Shown here: positions 10,464 through 23,300 of the stretch, one piece after another | Position numbering within the stretch: position 1 is the first letter of the stretch | Layout of the letters: each line of letters starts with the position of its first letter | Assembly (NCBI GenBank): GCA_030141605.1 | Contig: JAQGDQ010000323.1 | Coordinates: forward strand, 186,001-250,000 | DNA: 64,000 nt | Direction of reading: 5' to 3' | Source of the DNA: Tubiluchus corallicola | Lineage: Eukaryota > Animalia > Priapulida | Translations under genes and position numbers: made by a program | Notes under the pieces: model-generated | Databases searched by the model: none | Seen by the model: only the letters and a program-made list of their open reading frames with translations | Told to the model about the DNA's origin: nothing

Positions 10464-13400
10464 ATTTGATATTTTTTTGTTATTTTTTTGCCTTTGTTCA
10501 CTGAATATAATATAAACTATACATTTATTCAAATAACAATGATCTTATTAACAGTCAATCAAGTCAAGTATTTTGAACCCCAGATTTTGCATTTTTCATA
10601 CGAATGATGGTATCGAAAACTTTAATTTCGTTTTAATTTTATTGGCTACACAGAAAAAATGAATGTTAATTTGAACAAATAAAAACACTGAATGACCGAC
10701 ATGGTACATTATTTGGTAACAGCTGCTGTAATTAAACGAACTTTGTATTCTGTTTGTAAAATATGCATAACTCTTACATTTTAGTGTTTTGATTATAATT
10801 GCATTTGTCTGTCTTTCTGTTCTGCAGTACTTAATCATGAACATAAAAAATATTCATTACCAAACAACTCAACAATCATGCAAAATGTGACCACCACAAT
10901 AATAACAACAAATTTATTCACTTTTACAACCAAAACTATCAAGTTTAATACAAATATAGTAAGAGAAAAAAATCATGATTTTCTCGAGATTTTAGCAATT
11001 TACAACATATTAATAAACAAGTGGTTAAGAGGACTGCTAGCAAGGAAATCACCAAGTGCAAGGTCAGAATTTTATTTTATAGTATAGTACTTAACAGCTG
11101 TGCAAAACCAGAATAATACAGGCTAATATGAAGCAGTAAAACCAATAGCAAGGTTAACATTAAGTTGAATGAGAAGTTATTGTATTCACAAAATTCGGTA
11201 AGTTTCAGAAACTTCTCGACAAATAGAAATGAATTATGGAATTAAACGTTTTCATTATTTAGTCTAATAAATTGAATCGAAAACGCGGAAATGACCTACG
11301 GATTTAAAAAATTAAAAGAATCAATTTTTTAAAGTTGATAGACAAAACCTAACAAGCCGTAACGATTATTACATGTCTTACGTTGTAACATCGCTATAGC
11401 TCACAGTCATATTGGCTTTATTAATATTATAACAATTTGAAACATTGTTAAACAATAATTTGAACATTTTGTCATTTCTGGAGACACGGCTTTTTTGTTA
11501 AAAAAAGAAGAAAGAATAAAGTTGTAAAAAATAAAATATCCTTAAATGGCAAATCCTAATGGCTTAAAAATGATGTTCACAAAGATCTTCGAAGGGGTGT
11601 CACTGTCCGATGAAATACATGCAAGTATGTTCTGGACTTCTTTAACCTGGAAATGCTGATTATAGAGGAGTGATGAGTGTCAGCGATTGAGAGGGCACTA
11701 TTCACACGTCGACTGGAGAAGGAGGATCGGAACTAAATAATCGTCTTCATCGCCACTGGGATGAGGGAGTGTGACATTGACGTTTGTCGATATTACATGA
11801 AGGAGCCATTCGAGCAGTTGTTGATCCATCAAACAGTTGTTGAAGATCCTATATGACGTGGCAAAGTTGAGGAGAAATAGAGATGCTACATAGACAGAGT
11901 AAAGCACCGTACACCACCTTCGACCAACTCACTGTGCATGTGGACAGGCTGTGCGAGAATTTAATTTAATTTTGAATTATTATGTTTTTTTTCAAATAAA
12001 TTCTGTACCAAAACAATATCTGCTCTCATTAACAGTACTCAGTAAACAATTTTAGCCTTTAGAATATTAATTTGCCTACGTAAACTCATAAGGCTACTCA
12101 ATTAAGCAACTTTGGTTGCTAGAATATTAATTTGTCATTATAAATGTGTTTATATTAGTTTCTGTGTGTGTTCTTGAATGGTTATTTATTGTTGTAACTG
12201 TATTGTGAATGTGAACTTTAAGTTTGGAATGAACGATAAATCAACCAATCAAATCAATCAAATTAACAAACCTGTAGAGGTGAATTAATAAAATTGATTT
12301 ATCACTTTAATGTATGCTCAAGATTTCATTCCTAAAATAAAAAACTTCGTGAGTGAAAGTTTTTTGTGATGAAAAAAATTCCGATGCTGCACAAACCTGT
12401 AAATGTAAAATTCTAGGTCTTTCACTCATATTGCAATGAAATTACTATCCAGTTTCATGGGACTAAAGTTAAGCGCGAAAATAACCAATTTTTTTTATGC
12501 AATATGAATCCTTCAACGAAAATCTGGCACAGTAGTAAAACAAAAATCTTAGCAATGAAAAGCATAATTTCAGTTATTTAGAGGTATATATTTGGAGGCA
12601 CAAAACTGCATGTAAAATGCAAGAATTTTGATATTGTTTACATATAAAAGGTTTACATATTATCACTAATGTGCAATGGTATTTAAGCAGTCTAAATTGC
12701 CCTTATTAGGCTTTGTGAACAAAAAACTTAGTGCTTACTACCTATCAACTCTATATATAATTCTATATAGTGGAATAGGTAGGCAGCTAGAGGTCATTGT
12801 GAGGTTGACCTCCGCTGGTGGTTTGGCACTTCCCAATCATTCTATTTTGTTACATCTGTTGCAAACAATGTATGGATTTACGCCTGACAGTTTCAAAGAT
12901 TTATATTTGTTTTTTCACAGTTATTTACAGTATTGATTATAGTATTATGGTGACATGACAATCTAATCAACCAAGAATATTGCATATTGCAAAGAGCAAG
13001 AAGTATTTGAAACTTGATCTGAAGTATTATATACTGTATTATACGATTTGATTCTAAATACATGGTAGCAACTCCTCTATCAACATTAAATATAATCGCG
13101 TATTAGTACAAATGTAGGTTTCCATAAAATAAGCAAATGTTGTTGTTGTTGTTGTTGTCGTCCATGCGTATATTGTTTTCTATATACAATGTACACTTGA
13201 TTTAGTGTGTGAACAGTCTTTTGCTGCTCTGCCACTACACATTGAAATTGCTACTATATGTATTCTTTTCAATTGTTATTATTGAATAAAGCCGACTGAA
13301 CTGAATTGAATAACGTGAACAAGTAAAATTATAAAATTGCCTAGCTTTGCAAGGTACATTCCTTGTACTCATTCAACCTTAAATTTCAAATCTATATTAA

Positions 13401-14406
13401 TTGCACGTGTATTTTTTTAGTTACGATCATGCAGCTGTGCATAGTTTAAAACCCATCATATTATAAATAAACCAACCAATTAGAAAAATTTAACTTAATT
13501 CAGAATTACTTACTAGCAACTTCTGGCTGAATAAAACTGAATAAAAATCACTTATGTTGTAACACTACTGTAAACTTACTTATACTTTAATAATATACTG
13601 TAATACTAAACTTTACTGTAAACCTATAATTAGTTTTCCACTTTAACATCCACTTTAACATAGACTTCATAGTTGGTTTTTGCTTATATTTTTCAGAAAC
13701 TTTGATTTCATTATGTAAACTGAAATTTGGTTTTTCTCATTGATAGTATTGCAAAAGTAACTTAAAACACACAGTTATCTATGCACTACCTATACAATTT
13801 CTCTGAAGAAGCTTTTTGCAAATGTTTCTCCATCATTGAATACACTTGGATCTTACCTTTGGATGGTAATTCAGTCTTTACTCTGCTGGAGCGTGGCTGT
13901 ATGTAGTACAGAGCTCATGTCTGGTGCTCTTGTAGTCTTAGGAGGGTTAATCTGTCTTGTCTCTTTGTTTAGCCAATCTGTCTTCATTGGTCTCCCCCTT
14001 TCACGACCTGTGATCAAACTCCTCAAGTAGCAGAGTAACATCGTGTTGCTTGTAAGCCTCAGTCGAAGCTCGAGGCGGCCCTTGTAGAAAACTTGCATAT
14101 GAGATTTAAGCAAGAGCCAGCACTTGTGCAAGCCAGTACTCACGACAGGGCCTGAAACCAACGCAGACGGCTGTAGCGGGACTGGCGCCTAGCTAACTAC
14201 AATGATTATTCATTAAAGTAAGACAACGAATCAGCAAGAACTGTTGTACTTATATCTTAATATCAATCGGTAATGTAATTAAATTAACCGAAGTCATAAA
14301 TTCGGATCAAGGTTTTGCTAGCTTTATTAGATTAAATTGGAAAGCACATATGTATCATTATTATTAAAGATGTTACAGTGGACAGACAAGAAACGTGAAA
14401 ACGTGT

Positions 14407-14481
14407 GATGCAGCCTGGATGTTAACCAGGCACCAGTCCTGCTTACATTGAGCATGCTTTACACCACTAAGCCACTGCATC
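14407..14481 (-). ncRNA. tRNA-like unit (tRNA-derived repeat or pseudo-tRNA)
   Basis: Minus strand: acceptor stem GATGCAG/CTGCATC, D stem GCTT/AAGC with A box TGGCTTAGTGG, T stem CCTGG/CCAGG with degenerate loop TTAACAT. Anticodon loop non-canonical. TTTT just downstream. Confidence 0.7.
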
Positions 14482-14774
14482 TCCTAGTAGTCTCTACAGT
14501 CCAAAATTCATCCCTTATACCTGGACATCCACATTCTGCATTTGCAAGGTTAGATAGCTCCAACGAAAGTGATTCAAACTCTCTAGATTTTTTATTTTGA
14601 TTAATTTGGCCTGTCCAACTCGTATAATGTAAAATAAACTGCTCCAGTATTGTTGAACTACCCTATCCAGTAATGTGTAACACTTTCAAGTTTGTCTGTT
14701 CATCCGATCTAAGTTGCCCCCGTCCAAAAGACCTATGTATGACAGACAGGTCGTTCCGTTTCCACACATTGTTA

Positions 14775-15140
14775 ATATACATTTTCATTTTCTATTGTCT
14801 CCTTGCTTGTAAAGTAACATACGTATGAAGTAAAATAACAACACATTTTCATTTTTTATTGTGAGTTGCTTGTAAAGTACCATATGTGAAATAAAGTGAC
14901 ATATTATCATTCTTCAATCTCCACTCTTTAGTTGCTTGTATGTAGTATCATATATGAGAAATAAAGTGACATTATTATTCTCCATGACATTATAAAGTGA
15001 CATGTAAACTATTATATGTGTGAAATAAAGTAACATATATTTTTCATTTTCCATTGTTTGCTTGCTGATAAAGTTTCATATGTGTGAAATAAAGTAACAC
15101 ATACTCTTTTCCATTGTTTACTGGCTTGTGAAATACTACT
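14775..15140. repeat. Degenerate ~60-65-bp tandem repeat
   Basis: Recurring CATTTTCATTTT...TTGCTTGTAAAGTA.CATATGTGAAATAAAGT.ACA blocks, about 5-6 copies. Confidence 0.7.
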
Positions 15141-16486
15141 TTGCATATTTTTATATACTCTGTTTTTCATCGCTCTCTTTCGATGTATTTCAATAGTAGT
15201 CGTTAATTCATTAATTCCGCACTTGGGGTTTTTTGCAAGGTATGTTTTCATTGTAGTTTCTGTACAGCATTAATTAATTAATCTGTGATGCTTTTATTGC
15301 TTTGCCTGTTTTGTTAATTTCGTATGATTAAATATGATTAACATTTAAATGCTTAGATTTTCATTGTACTCTGCATATTAAGTTTTAATAATTTTGATAT
15401 CCAGTTATTAAACATTTACGTTCTTTTCTTGTAGTCTACAGATAGATCACGGAAGTAACATACAAACAATTTCTATTGAACTAAGTTTTGTATTTTTTTT
15501 TGAATTTTTGTTTATGCTCTTGTTTGTAATACTGATGTTTTTGTATTGTTCATTGTAAATAATTCATTAAAATGTTACACATTCATTTTCAATGTACACA
15601 AATGGTGTAAATTTCATTATATTGTGTAAATAAATTATTTTCATTTGTGTTAATGAACGAAAAAGCGTTATTTGAATTTTGGCATTTTCTTATATTGAAT
15701 TGTATCTTGAAGCTCTTTGCCCCGAGTAGTCACTGATTGAACGTAAATTTGCTCACAGGCATATTTATATAATATCTACGTGTATTAATAATGAACTCCA
15801 ACATGCGAAGTTGTTTTTAACTGAACAATTGTGTGCAAAGAAGCCTATTAATGTACAAAAACTAATATTAAAAACAATATTAAGTTACAAAAACTGTAAC
15901 GGCTTCATGAAAGTTTGTTCAATCCGCGCATTCTATGTCTACGAACGCCATGTTTTTCCGAAAATTTTGTCATCTCATTTTGTAAACACGCGGACACTAG
16001 TTCACTCTTCTATTCGTGTACCATTATATAACGTGATTCTGTCTTAAATTTGAGAAAACATATTTCTATAAAAGTCAAAGCAGTTATGTTCGTAATTCGA
16101 AACATGCTGTGTATCAAAACAAGTCTTTTTACTGGGAATCAAACAAACAAATTCATACTAGATCAAGATCATGGTTTTTCGTTTAATGTACAACTACATG
16201 TTCTTAGAACTACACACGCACGCACACACTCCAAAGGAACGAACGCACACGCACGCACACACACGTATGCGCACATACACACACCGCTACACTCAGGATG
16301 TATTACTGTTTACGGGATTTATTAGCTGGATTTAGTTGTACAAGTTTATTACCGCTTAACACAACCAAGTGATTACTCGGCGCTTTCAGCTTTTACTAAT
16401 ACGAGGCACAGGAAGCCATGATTTGAAGTGTTGGGAACATGTAATGTAATATAATTTTTTTGTCATTACAGTATGAACACAATGAG

Positions 16487-16867
16487 CAATAAGCCTTTTC
16501 ACAGTACCAGCGATTGATGATGATCGTGAAAAGGTCAAAGGTTAAGTGTACCAGACAATGCATTTGTGCACACTTGACAACGCCTCACAGCCCGAGCTGT
16601 TGTAACAGTAACAGTTTTAAAAGCTAGCTAGAACCTTACGTAGTTCATTTTTTCTTGTTCCGAACCAAGATTCTGCTAGTAAATCACTTTATGCACGACT
16701 AATGCATAATTACGTAGAGTCCACGTAAAACAAACTGAAGTTATTGAACTGATGCAGCAAACAGCTTTGCTGTACTCACATGTTGTAGTTAAGACGCGCT
16801 GCTGGTGTCCATTTAACCTTTGACCTACAGCAACGTGCGCACAACGAAACTGTGAAAAGGCTTATTG
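16487..16867. mobile_element. MITE with perfect terminal inverted repeat (PIF/Harbinger-ISL2EU-like), copy 1
   Basis: CAATAAGCCTTTTCACAGT (16487-16505) is the exact reverse complement of ACTGTGAAAAGGCTTATTG (16849-16867). Internal inverted GGTCAAAGGTTAA motifs. A second copy lies at 61793-62172. Confidence 0.85.
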
Positions 16868-17366
16868 TTGTGCTTGGCGTTACAGTTGCCCACATGGAAT
16901 ATGTATAGGAGCACATTATAAAATGCCAACCTTATGATATATACGTGAAACTATATTTAGCCAAATTGTCAGTTTTGTCAATAGTATTGCATTGCATTGT
17001 ATTTTGTTTTGGAGGGTAAAAAAATGTTGCGTTTAAAGGGGGGGGGGCGAAGTCTAACGACGCTCTTCCGGATTTGAATTACATCCGGTGCGGCGTATAT
17101 AGGTCAACCCCTCCAGCATACAAGGACTAAGTCACCGTGTAAGGTCTTGGAGGCGAATCCTGCTTTTATAACTTATTTTGTACATAGACATGTAAATACC
17201 AAAAAATACATAACGTACTTAATAAACACAACTGTACTACCTATAAGTTTATACGGCGTTTTTTTCTATTAAATAGATGAAGGCTCTGTCATAGTGTGAC
17301 TGTCGCCACTGTCATCACTACCATAACTATTGCTTCTAACTTTCTGCATTTGTTGTCGAAAACGTT

Positions 17367-17560
17367 TTATTTTCTGGCTTCAGACACGTTTACTCTATAC
17401 ACAACAAGTGCGCCAGGCATCTTGGGATATATTTTTGGAAATTTCTGTTCCTTCACAATTTCCAACGAACCATTTTTCACTAAACGTTCTTGAAACTCTG
17501 GAAAGTCTTCTAGTCTTGCTTCTTTCAGGTCAGCCACGTAAACGATCAATATGAACCCAC
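17367..17560 (-). other. Orphan terminal coding exon resembling the C-terminus of METTL27/WBSCR27-type SAM methyltransferases
   Basis: Acceptor TTTCAG then (G)GFILIVYVADLKEARLEDFPEFQERLVKNGSLEIVKEQKFPKIYPKMPGALVVYRVNVSEARK*, matching the recalled KPG|GFIxIV...LxxxGxWExV...P...GxxxVYxV pattern. No upstream methyltransferase exons recognised. Confidence 0.5.
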
Positions 17561-20354
17561 CTGAAACATGAATGAGTTACACTAGAAGAAATACAATTCA
17601 CTCACTGTTACCTTTTAAGCAGGGATTTTAATGAAAATTATTTTACATTGTTCTAGTAACTATTTTTCCCCCAAAACACCCAAATTTTGCTCTCTTTTGA
17701 TGGTGTGCATCTAGTAATAACGTCTGCATACCAAAAATGAAATGTTTGGCCTAAGTCATTGGAGGTACAAAATCGCAATATGCACATAAGGCATGCGAAT
17801 GGCTGAGTGGTCACTGTTCAGCGGCGATGGGTGACCATCAGGAAAACTGTGTCTGGGCATCTTACATGCATGCAGTTGATCTTGTACAAGAAGGATATAG
17901 TGACTGAGACATCAATCAGTTCAGGTTTTTAGCCTAGAGGACTATTCTCGGTTATAAACTATGTTCCGGTGCCGTCACAAGCATATGCATTAAATTATTG
18001 AGCGGGGGATCTCGATTAGCAGAGTGCCAAACTTGAGCAAAAAAAAACAAAGTAAGCGTAAACCTAATTTTAGATAGTTTACATAGCTTATATCAGTTCA
18101 TAACTATTATAACATTATTATGACACATTTATGCTTGTGCTATGCTTGTACTATGTAAGGTGTACGGTAATTGTTGCTATTGACTTCTACGGGTGTTTTG
18201 CAATTTGAATGACAAATGAATATCGACATTCCTTACTATTGATTACAGTATAAAAATTATATTTTCTAACAAAGTTTTCATTATATTCTGTAGAGTTACA
18301 TGGCTTGAAGTAGAAACGAATTTAATTAGATGTCTACTTCAAGCATTATTTCGCTTAAAAATTTAAAAGATAAAACATTCAACATTCGCAATTCAACTTC
18401 AATCGCAACTGGAAGTGGTTTCGTCTAACCCAGTTAACTTTGTGCAAATCTTCATGTAACACAATGAGTTTTACGTGTTTGAAGTCAAAAATAAGTTGAA
18501 ATAACGTTAAGTGAAACGAAATACTGAGTACAATAATCATCAGCTGGGCCTCCTACAAGAGATATTGAACTGCAGGTGGTACCTCACCGAGACGTGGTAA
18601 AACTACCTAGGTTGGTTCGGTAATCGCAGATGCGGAAGACATACAGTCTGCAACTCTTCTGACATCCTTTCACGAAACAACAGAATGATGTGTGAGAAAT
18701 GTGTGTGTAAGACGTATGTGTAAGAAAAACGATACCTTTATTGGCAAATTACATGAAGTAGATTAGAAAATAGTGATAAAATAGAGTTTATACACTCGTT
18801 GATTAATCTATTTGGACCAGTAAAGGAGCAGAGAAGACCCCTTTTATACAGACCAGATGCGTAAATTGGCTTCAACAGAAACTTCAGTACAATATTGTTT
18901 CCAATTTATTAAGTTTTAAACACAGTTCATTGTAATCTTTCTAATTGATTTTAACTTTAATCAAATCAACTTGAAAGACATTTATCTTGGAGGTTCATGT
19001 ACTTTTACTCTAATTCTCTAATCAGGTTCTTTCCTCGTAACGCTAACTTGTCTGAATGTTCCATTCTAGGATTTAATTTACAGTTTGTTACAAATTTGTA
19101 TAACTAGTCCACATTTGATGACTCAAATTTGAAGGTAGTTTTGAAAGGTATCAGTAAACGCGAATATAGTCTTGATAATAACAAAGTGAATACTGTAAAA
19201 TTCTTATTAGACATTTTAGATGCTCATGAAAATAATAACTTCAGCTTTTTAAGTAACGTAGGATACTTTTAAGTAACTGTACTATACACTTGAATATATA
19301 ACTATTGTCTGATTTCTTTGTACTAGTAAATTTCATTTTTTTACATGGTGGAGAATTGGCATGCAATGGTCAAAGTTGGTCCCTCAATTTTTGCTTGTGC
19401 AGTATATATAAACTTTTCGTATCTTAAATTTTTGTTGCAAATCTGTTGCTTTGGAATAGTTGTATCCATTCTTCTTTTTGTATGTGGTACGAGTGTGTTG
19501 TAACGATTGTATTGCTTGAGCAAAGCACATACGAATAAATGGTAAATAAATAATCAAATTCATTGCGTCAAAGTAGTAGTAGCGAGAGCTACTACAATCT
19601 GTGTAGAAAATGATATTTATCATTTTAAAAATATTTTGCGTAATATACGTATGACCATAGGTGTTGTGTTTTAAATTCTTGTAATGGTTTATTAAAGCAT
19701 GTAATTTACAATAATTTACAATTTTATATGCTCCAAAATTTTTGCTTACTGGAATGTACTTTTAATGCAGGTCATTTTTGTAAATATTTTAACTATTTTC
19801 TCTTGTTATTTTTTCTGTAAATCGTAAGTTTATGTTTTTATAACTAGTTTTTTTTGTAATTATTGTATTTTTATGGCTTAAGAATATGTCTGCGAGCTGA
19901 GATAAATAATAAAATAAAGATTAAATAAAATAATACTAAATATGAATCGCAAAGATCAGTGTCAAAATCAAGATTCTGCAAAACATCCGCCAGATGTCTC
20001 ACAATATTTTGTCTTTCAAACAGCGGTCAATGGGGATCGTTCTTGTACTTCTTAACCTCCGCTCTGCCTTTCAGGATAGTTCCAGTGTGCTCGGTCTGTT
20101 GAATTTCCAGACCATCCAGTTCGATTTATCCAATTATATCTCTCATGTTTGTTGTATGTGTGAGACGCAGTAGGCATCCACACAGAACATTGAGGCACGA
20201 TAGACTGTTTACTGATTTAGCGCCATTTTGATGTAATAAATTGCTCCGAACTATTACTTGTTGTTTTTGTATCCTCCCTAACAAAAGGTTGCGTACCACC
20301 CTGTCGAATTAAATTGATACTAAAGCGTAGCAAATAGTTACAGTAATTAACGAA

Positions 20355-23300
20355 TTACTTGCTGCGAAATTCTGTAACTGCTGAGGTTTTCTGAAACACC
20401 ATCTGCTCTGTAAATAAACCTGCCAAAGCAAACGCCATGCCAGCTAAAAGAACGTAAAATGGAAGGGAAACACGACTGAGTCCAAGAGACCCCTGTTGTC
20501 GAGTCCTTGTACTAACAGCAGTTGTCATCACCGGGCATTCCCTATTCATTGGCCACCACTTTGCATATAATTCTTGCAGAATGCCGTGTTGATTCATATC
20601 CATCAAGCTGAAAGGTAAAATGTTTTTTTTTATTTTTTTACTGTCAAATGTCGTTTCTCTGTCATTTTTTCCTACTTTATTTTTAATAAATGTTTCATAC
20701 TTATGGCCTTGTTATTTAAAGAGTGTCACATCATACAGGTTACTCTAAACATTCCCCGTTATGGAACAGCAACGAGTCACGATAAAACGTTTAATATCGT
20801 TTTCAGTTTCGGCCTTATGTTAACTGCAAGGGTAGTAACAACATTGTAATATTCAAATTACATTAATAAAGATCTCCTTCAAATTAACCTGTCCACATTG
20901 CAAGCATGAAATCACTTGTTGTTGTATTGGCAATGATGTAGTAATACCAAAGAATAGTTTAAGGATGATTTAATCCATATCGTTCTTCATATCATAATCA
21001 TTCAAGTAAAAGAGGTTGCCTATTTTTTTAATACAGCAGCACCCCTCCATTACATGTTTCAGAAGCAACTTTGAAAATCATAAACTACCAGTTATTGTAC
21101 CTCATAGAAAATGATTCCAAATATGGGAAGTGCTTTCGGAAAGGAATGGCGAAAAGTACAGGTGAAAAAGTCTCTTCGCTTAACACAAAATCACAGCTGT
21201 GACTGACTTCATACAGATGTGATTGATGATCTCCAATTTTGGCAAAACTCCCACGCCTTGTTCGCACCTTGTCAAAACCTTCCTGGTTAGTGTTAAATAA
21301 GCGTTCAGCTGGATTCTCGTTTATGTGATCCCAAGCTTTGCGAATAGACGGGTCATCAGAAGTCTAGAAGAAAATGAAATTTCTTATCAGTTTCAGTTTT
21401 GAATTTCAATTTAGGGTGTTGCTGAGATAGTCACGAAAACTTTCCAAATCATGTCGTTTTCTAAAAAGTGAAAGCATCTCACATCTCCCATAAAGAATTG
21501 GTTTGAAATCGATAATCAAATTTCTTAACCAGATTTTTGAAAATGGTGATAATGCGTTTTTGTTTTTTGCATTTTTAGAACACGACTTGATTTGGAAAAT
21601 GTTCGAAATTTGTGACCTCACTTACCTTTCAGGAGTAGAGTGTGAGAGAGAATTAGATATGAAGAAGAAAAAGAAAGAAATTGGGAAGAAAGGGAAGAAT
21701 GAGAGCACAAATGAATAAAAGAAAGAACACGGAAGAAGAAAACAGAATAGTAGTAAAAGGAAAAGAAGGATGCAAAGTAGGAAAAGTGCATAAGTAACCA
21801 GGAGAAAAAAGAAAATTTAAAAAAGAAGAAAAAGGAATCAAGAAGAAATAAAAAGTAAGAAAATAATGAATTAAATCAATCCTATATTACCTGCATCAAA
21901 ACTTCTAACAATGTTCCCTGAATCATTCCATAATCAATATCTGTTTGATCAGCTAGGTCCTGGATACTGTTTATTGTGTACTGAATTTTGCTGATTGTCA
22001 GGAAGGCCATCAGGTTAGCAGTGTACGCTGCTATGATGATAATTCGAAATGCCCATAAGAAAGCGGTAACAATTCGATCCGAGGCAGCAGTAACTTCGCA
22101 ATTAGGGTCTAGAAAAATGTCGGAAGTAATGGTAAAACCAAAGATTTAATTTTAACTATGATTGGCTAGAATTAATAAAACTTGTTGCTCATATTGTACG
22201 GCAAATTTGTTGCAGTAAGAGGCGATGCTGAAAATTGAGAATACTTCGGGAGCTGAACTCGAGATAAGAGGATTACGGGAACTTGTTCTGGCCATCTGAG
22301 CTATGTACTCACATGGAGAAATCAGCTCCTTTTCACCCATATAGTCTGCGAAAGACTAATTGTTCTTTAATACAAACAGCACGGTTTATTAAATTTGGGT
22401 AATCACGGTTAAATCATCTCTTTAAGTGAGTTACTAACTAACTAACTGATTAACTAATTAATTGAAAGAGGAAAACCCTTTTAGAAAAATGAACCAAGGT
22501 CACTATGACACATTTTCATTACTGTACTACTTGTTATTTCAAGTAACATCTAACTGCCAGTTTGCAATGAATGAGCTTCTTAATTAAACTTGAATTATTA
22601 CAATAAATATCTCGAATTCCTATCGTAAAACTTGTACATATAATGTCTTTGACGTGATGTCAACTTCTTGACTGCTTTTTTTCGAGAAGTAACTTTTGAA
22701 TCACGAAACGTCATTCTGTTTACGATTTAAAATATGTTTATTTATTGAACCACCATTACTTACGTACAAACGTCAGCAACAAATAAACAAGACAGCTTTA
22801 ATCAACAGCAAAAGATTCATTTACTAGAGAAAAAGATCTATTTTACAAAGAAATATTCCGGCTTGAGGCGTATAGGAACGTTTAATTAGTAGCAGTTACG
22901 CTTTAGTAATAACTACTTAAACAATCAACAAAATAAAGTTTCAAAACGAACATTGAAGTGCAAGTAACGTACCGTAAAAAGGGCTGAATAGGGACAATTT
23001 TTAAAATGAAGGTGTCATAACGTTTTCTTAGTTTTTACATTTTAAGTGTGTTTAGCACTTATCTAGCCAGATACATAGGTCTATCTATCGAAGGTAGTGT
23101 TCTTACGATAAAAATCATCGCATATTGTTTTTTAATTTAAAAACAAGTGTCAGTAATAATCCCGCCTTTTGGGATGAATAGGGACTGCCTAATTTTTGGT
23201 TCTTATATCCATCTTGGATTACATGAAGTGAAAAGGGACACAACTTAGGTTTAAAAACGTGTTTTAAAGTCAGTTACTTTGATATTTAGGACAAATTTAA

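Noticed and set aside
11590-11960. GC-richer, coding-looking island (ORF 11698-11907)
   Set aside because: Stops interrupt the frames examined and no motif was recognised; possibly a decayed TE. BLASTX would decide.
13857-14190. Exon-like minus-strand island with a GTAAG donor (ORF 13871-14161, GRERGRP..W)
   Set aside because: No frame stays open to the donor, and the resemblance to an RTE C-terminal motif is too weak to call.
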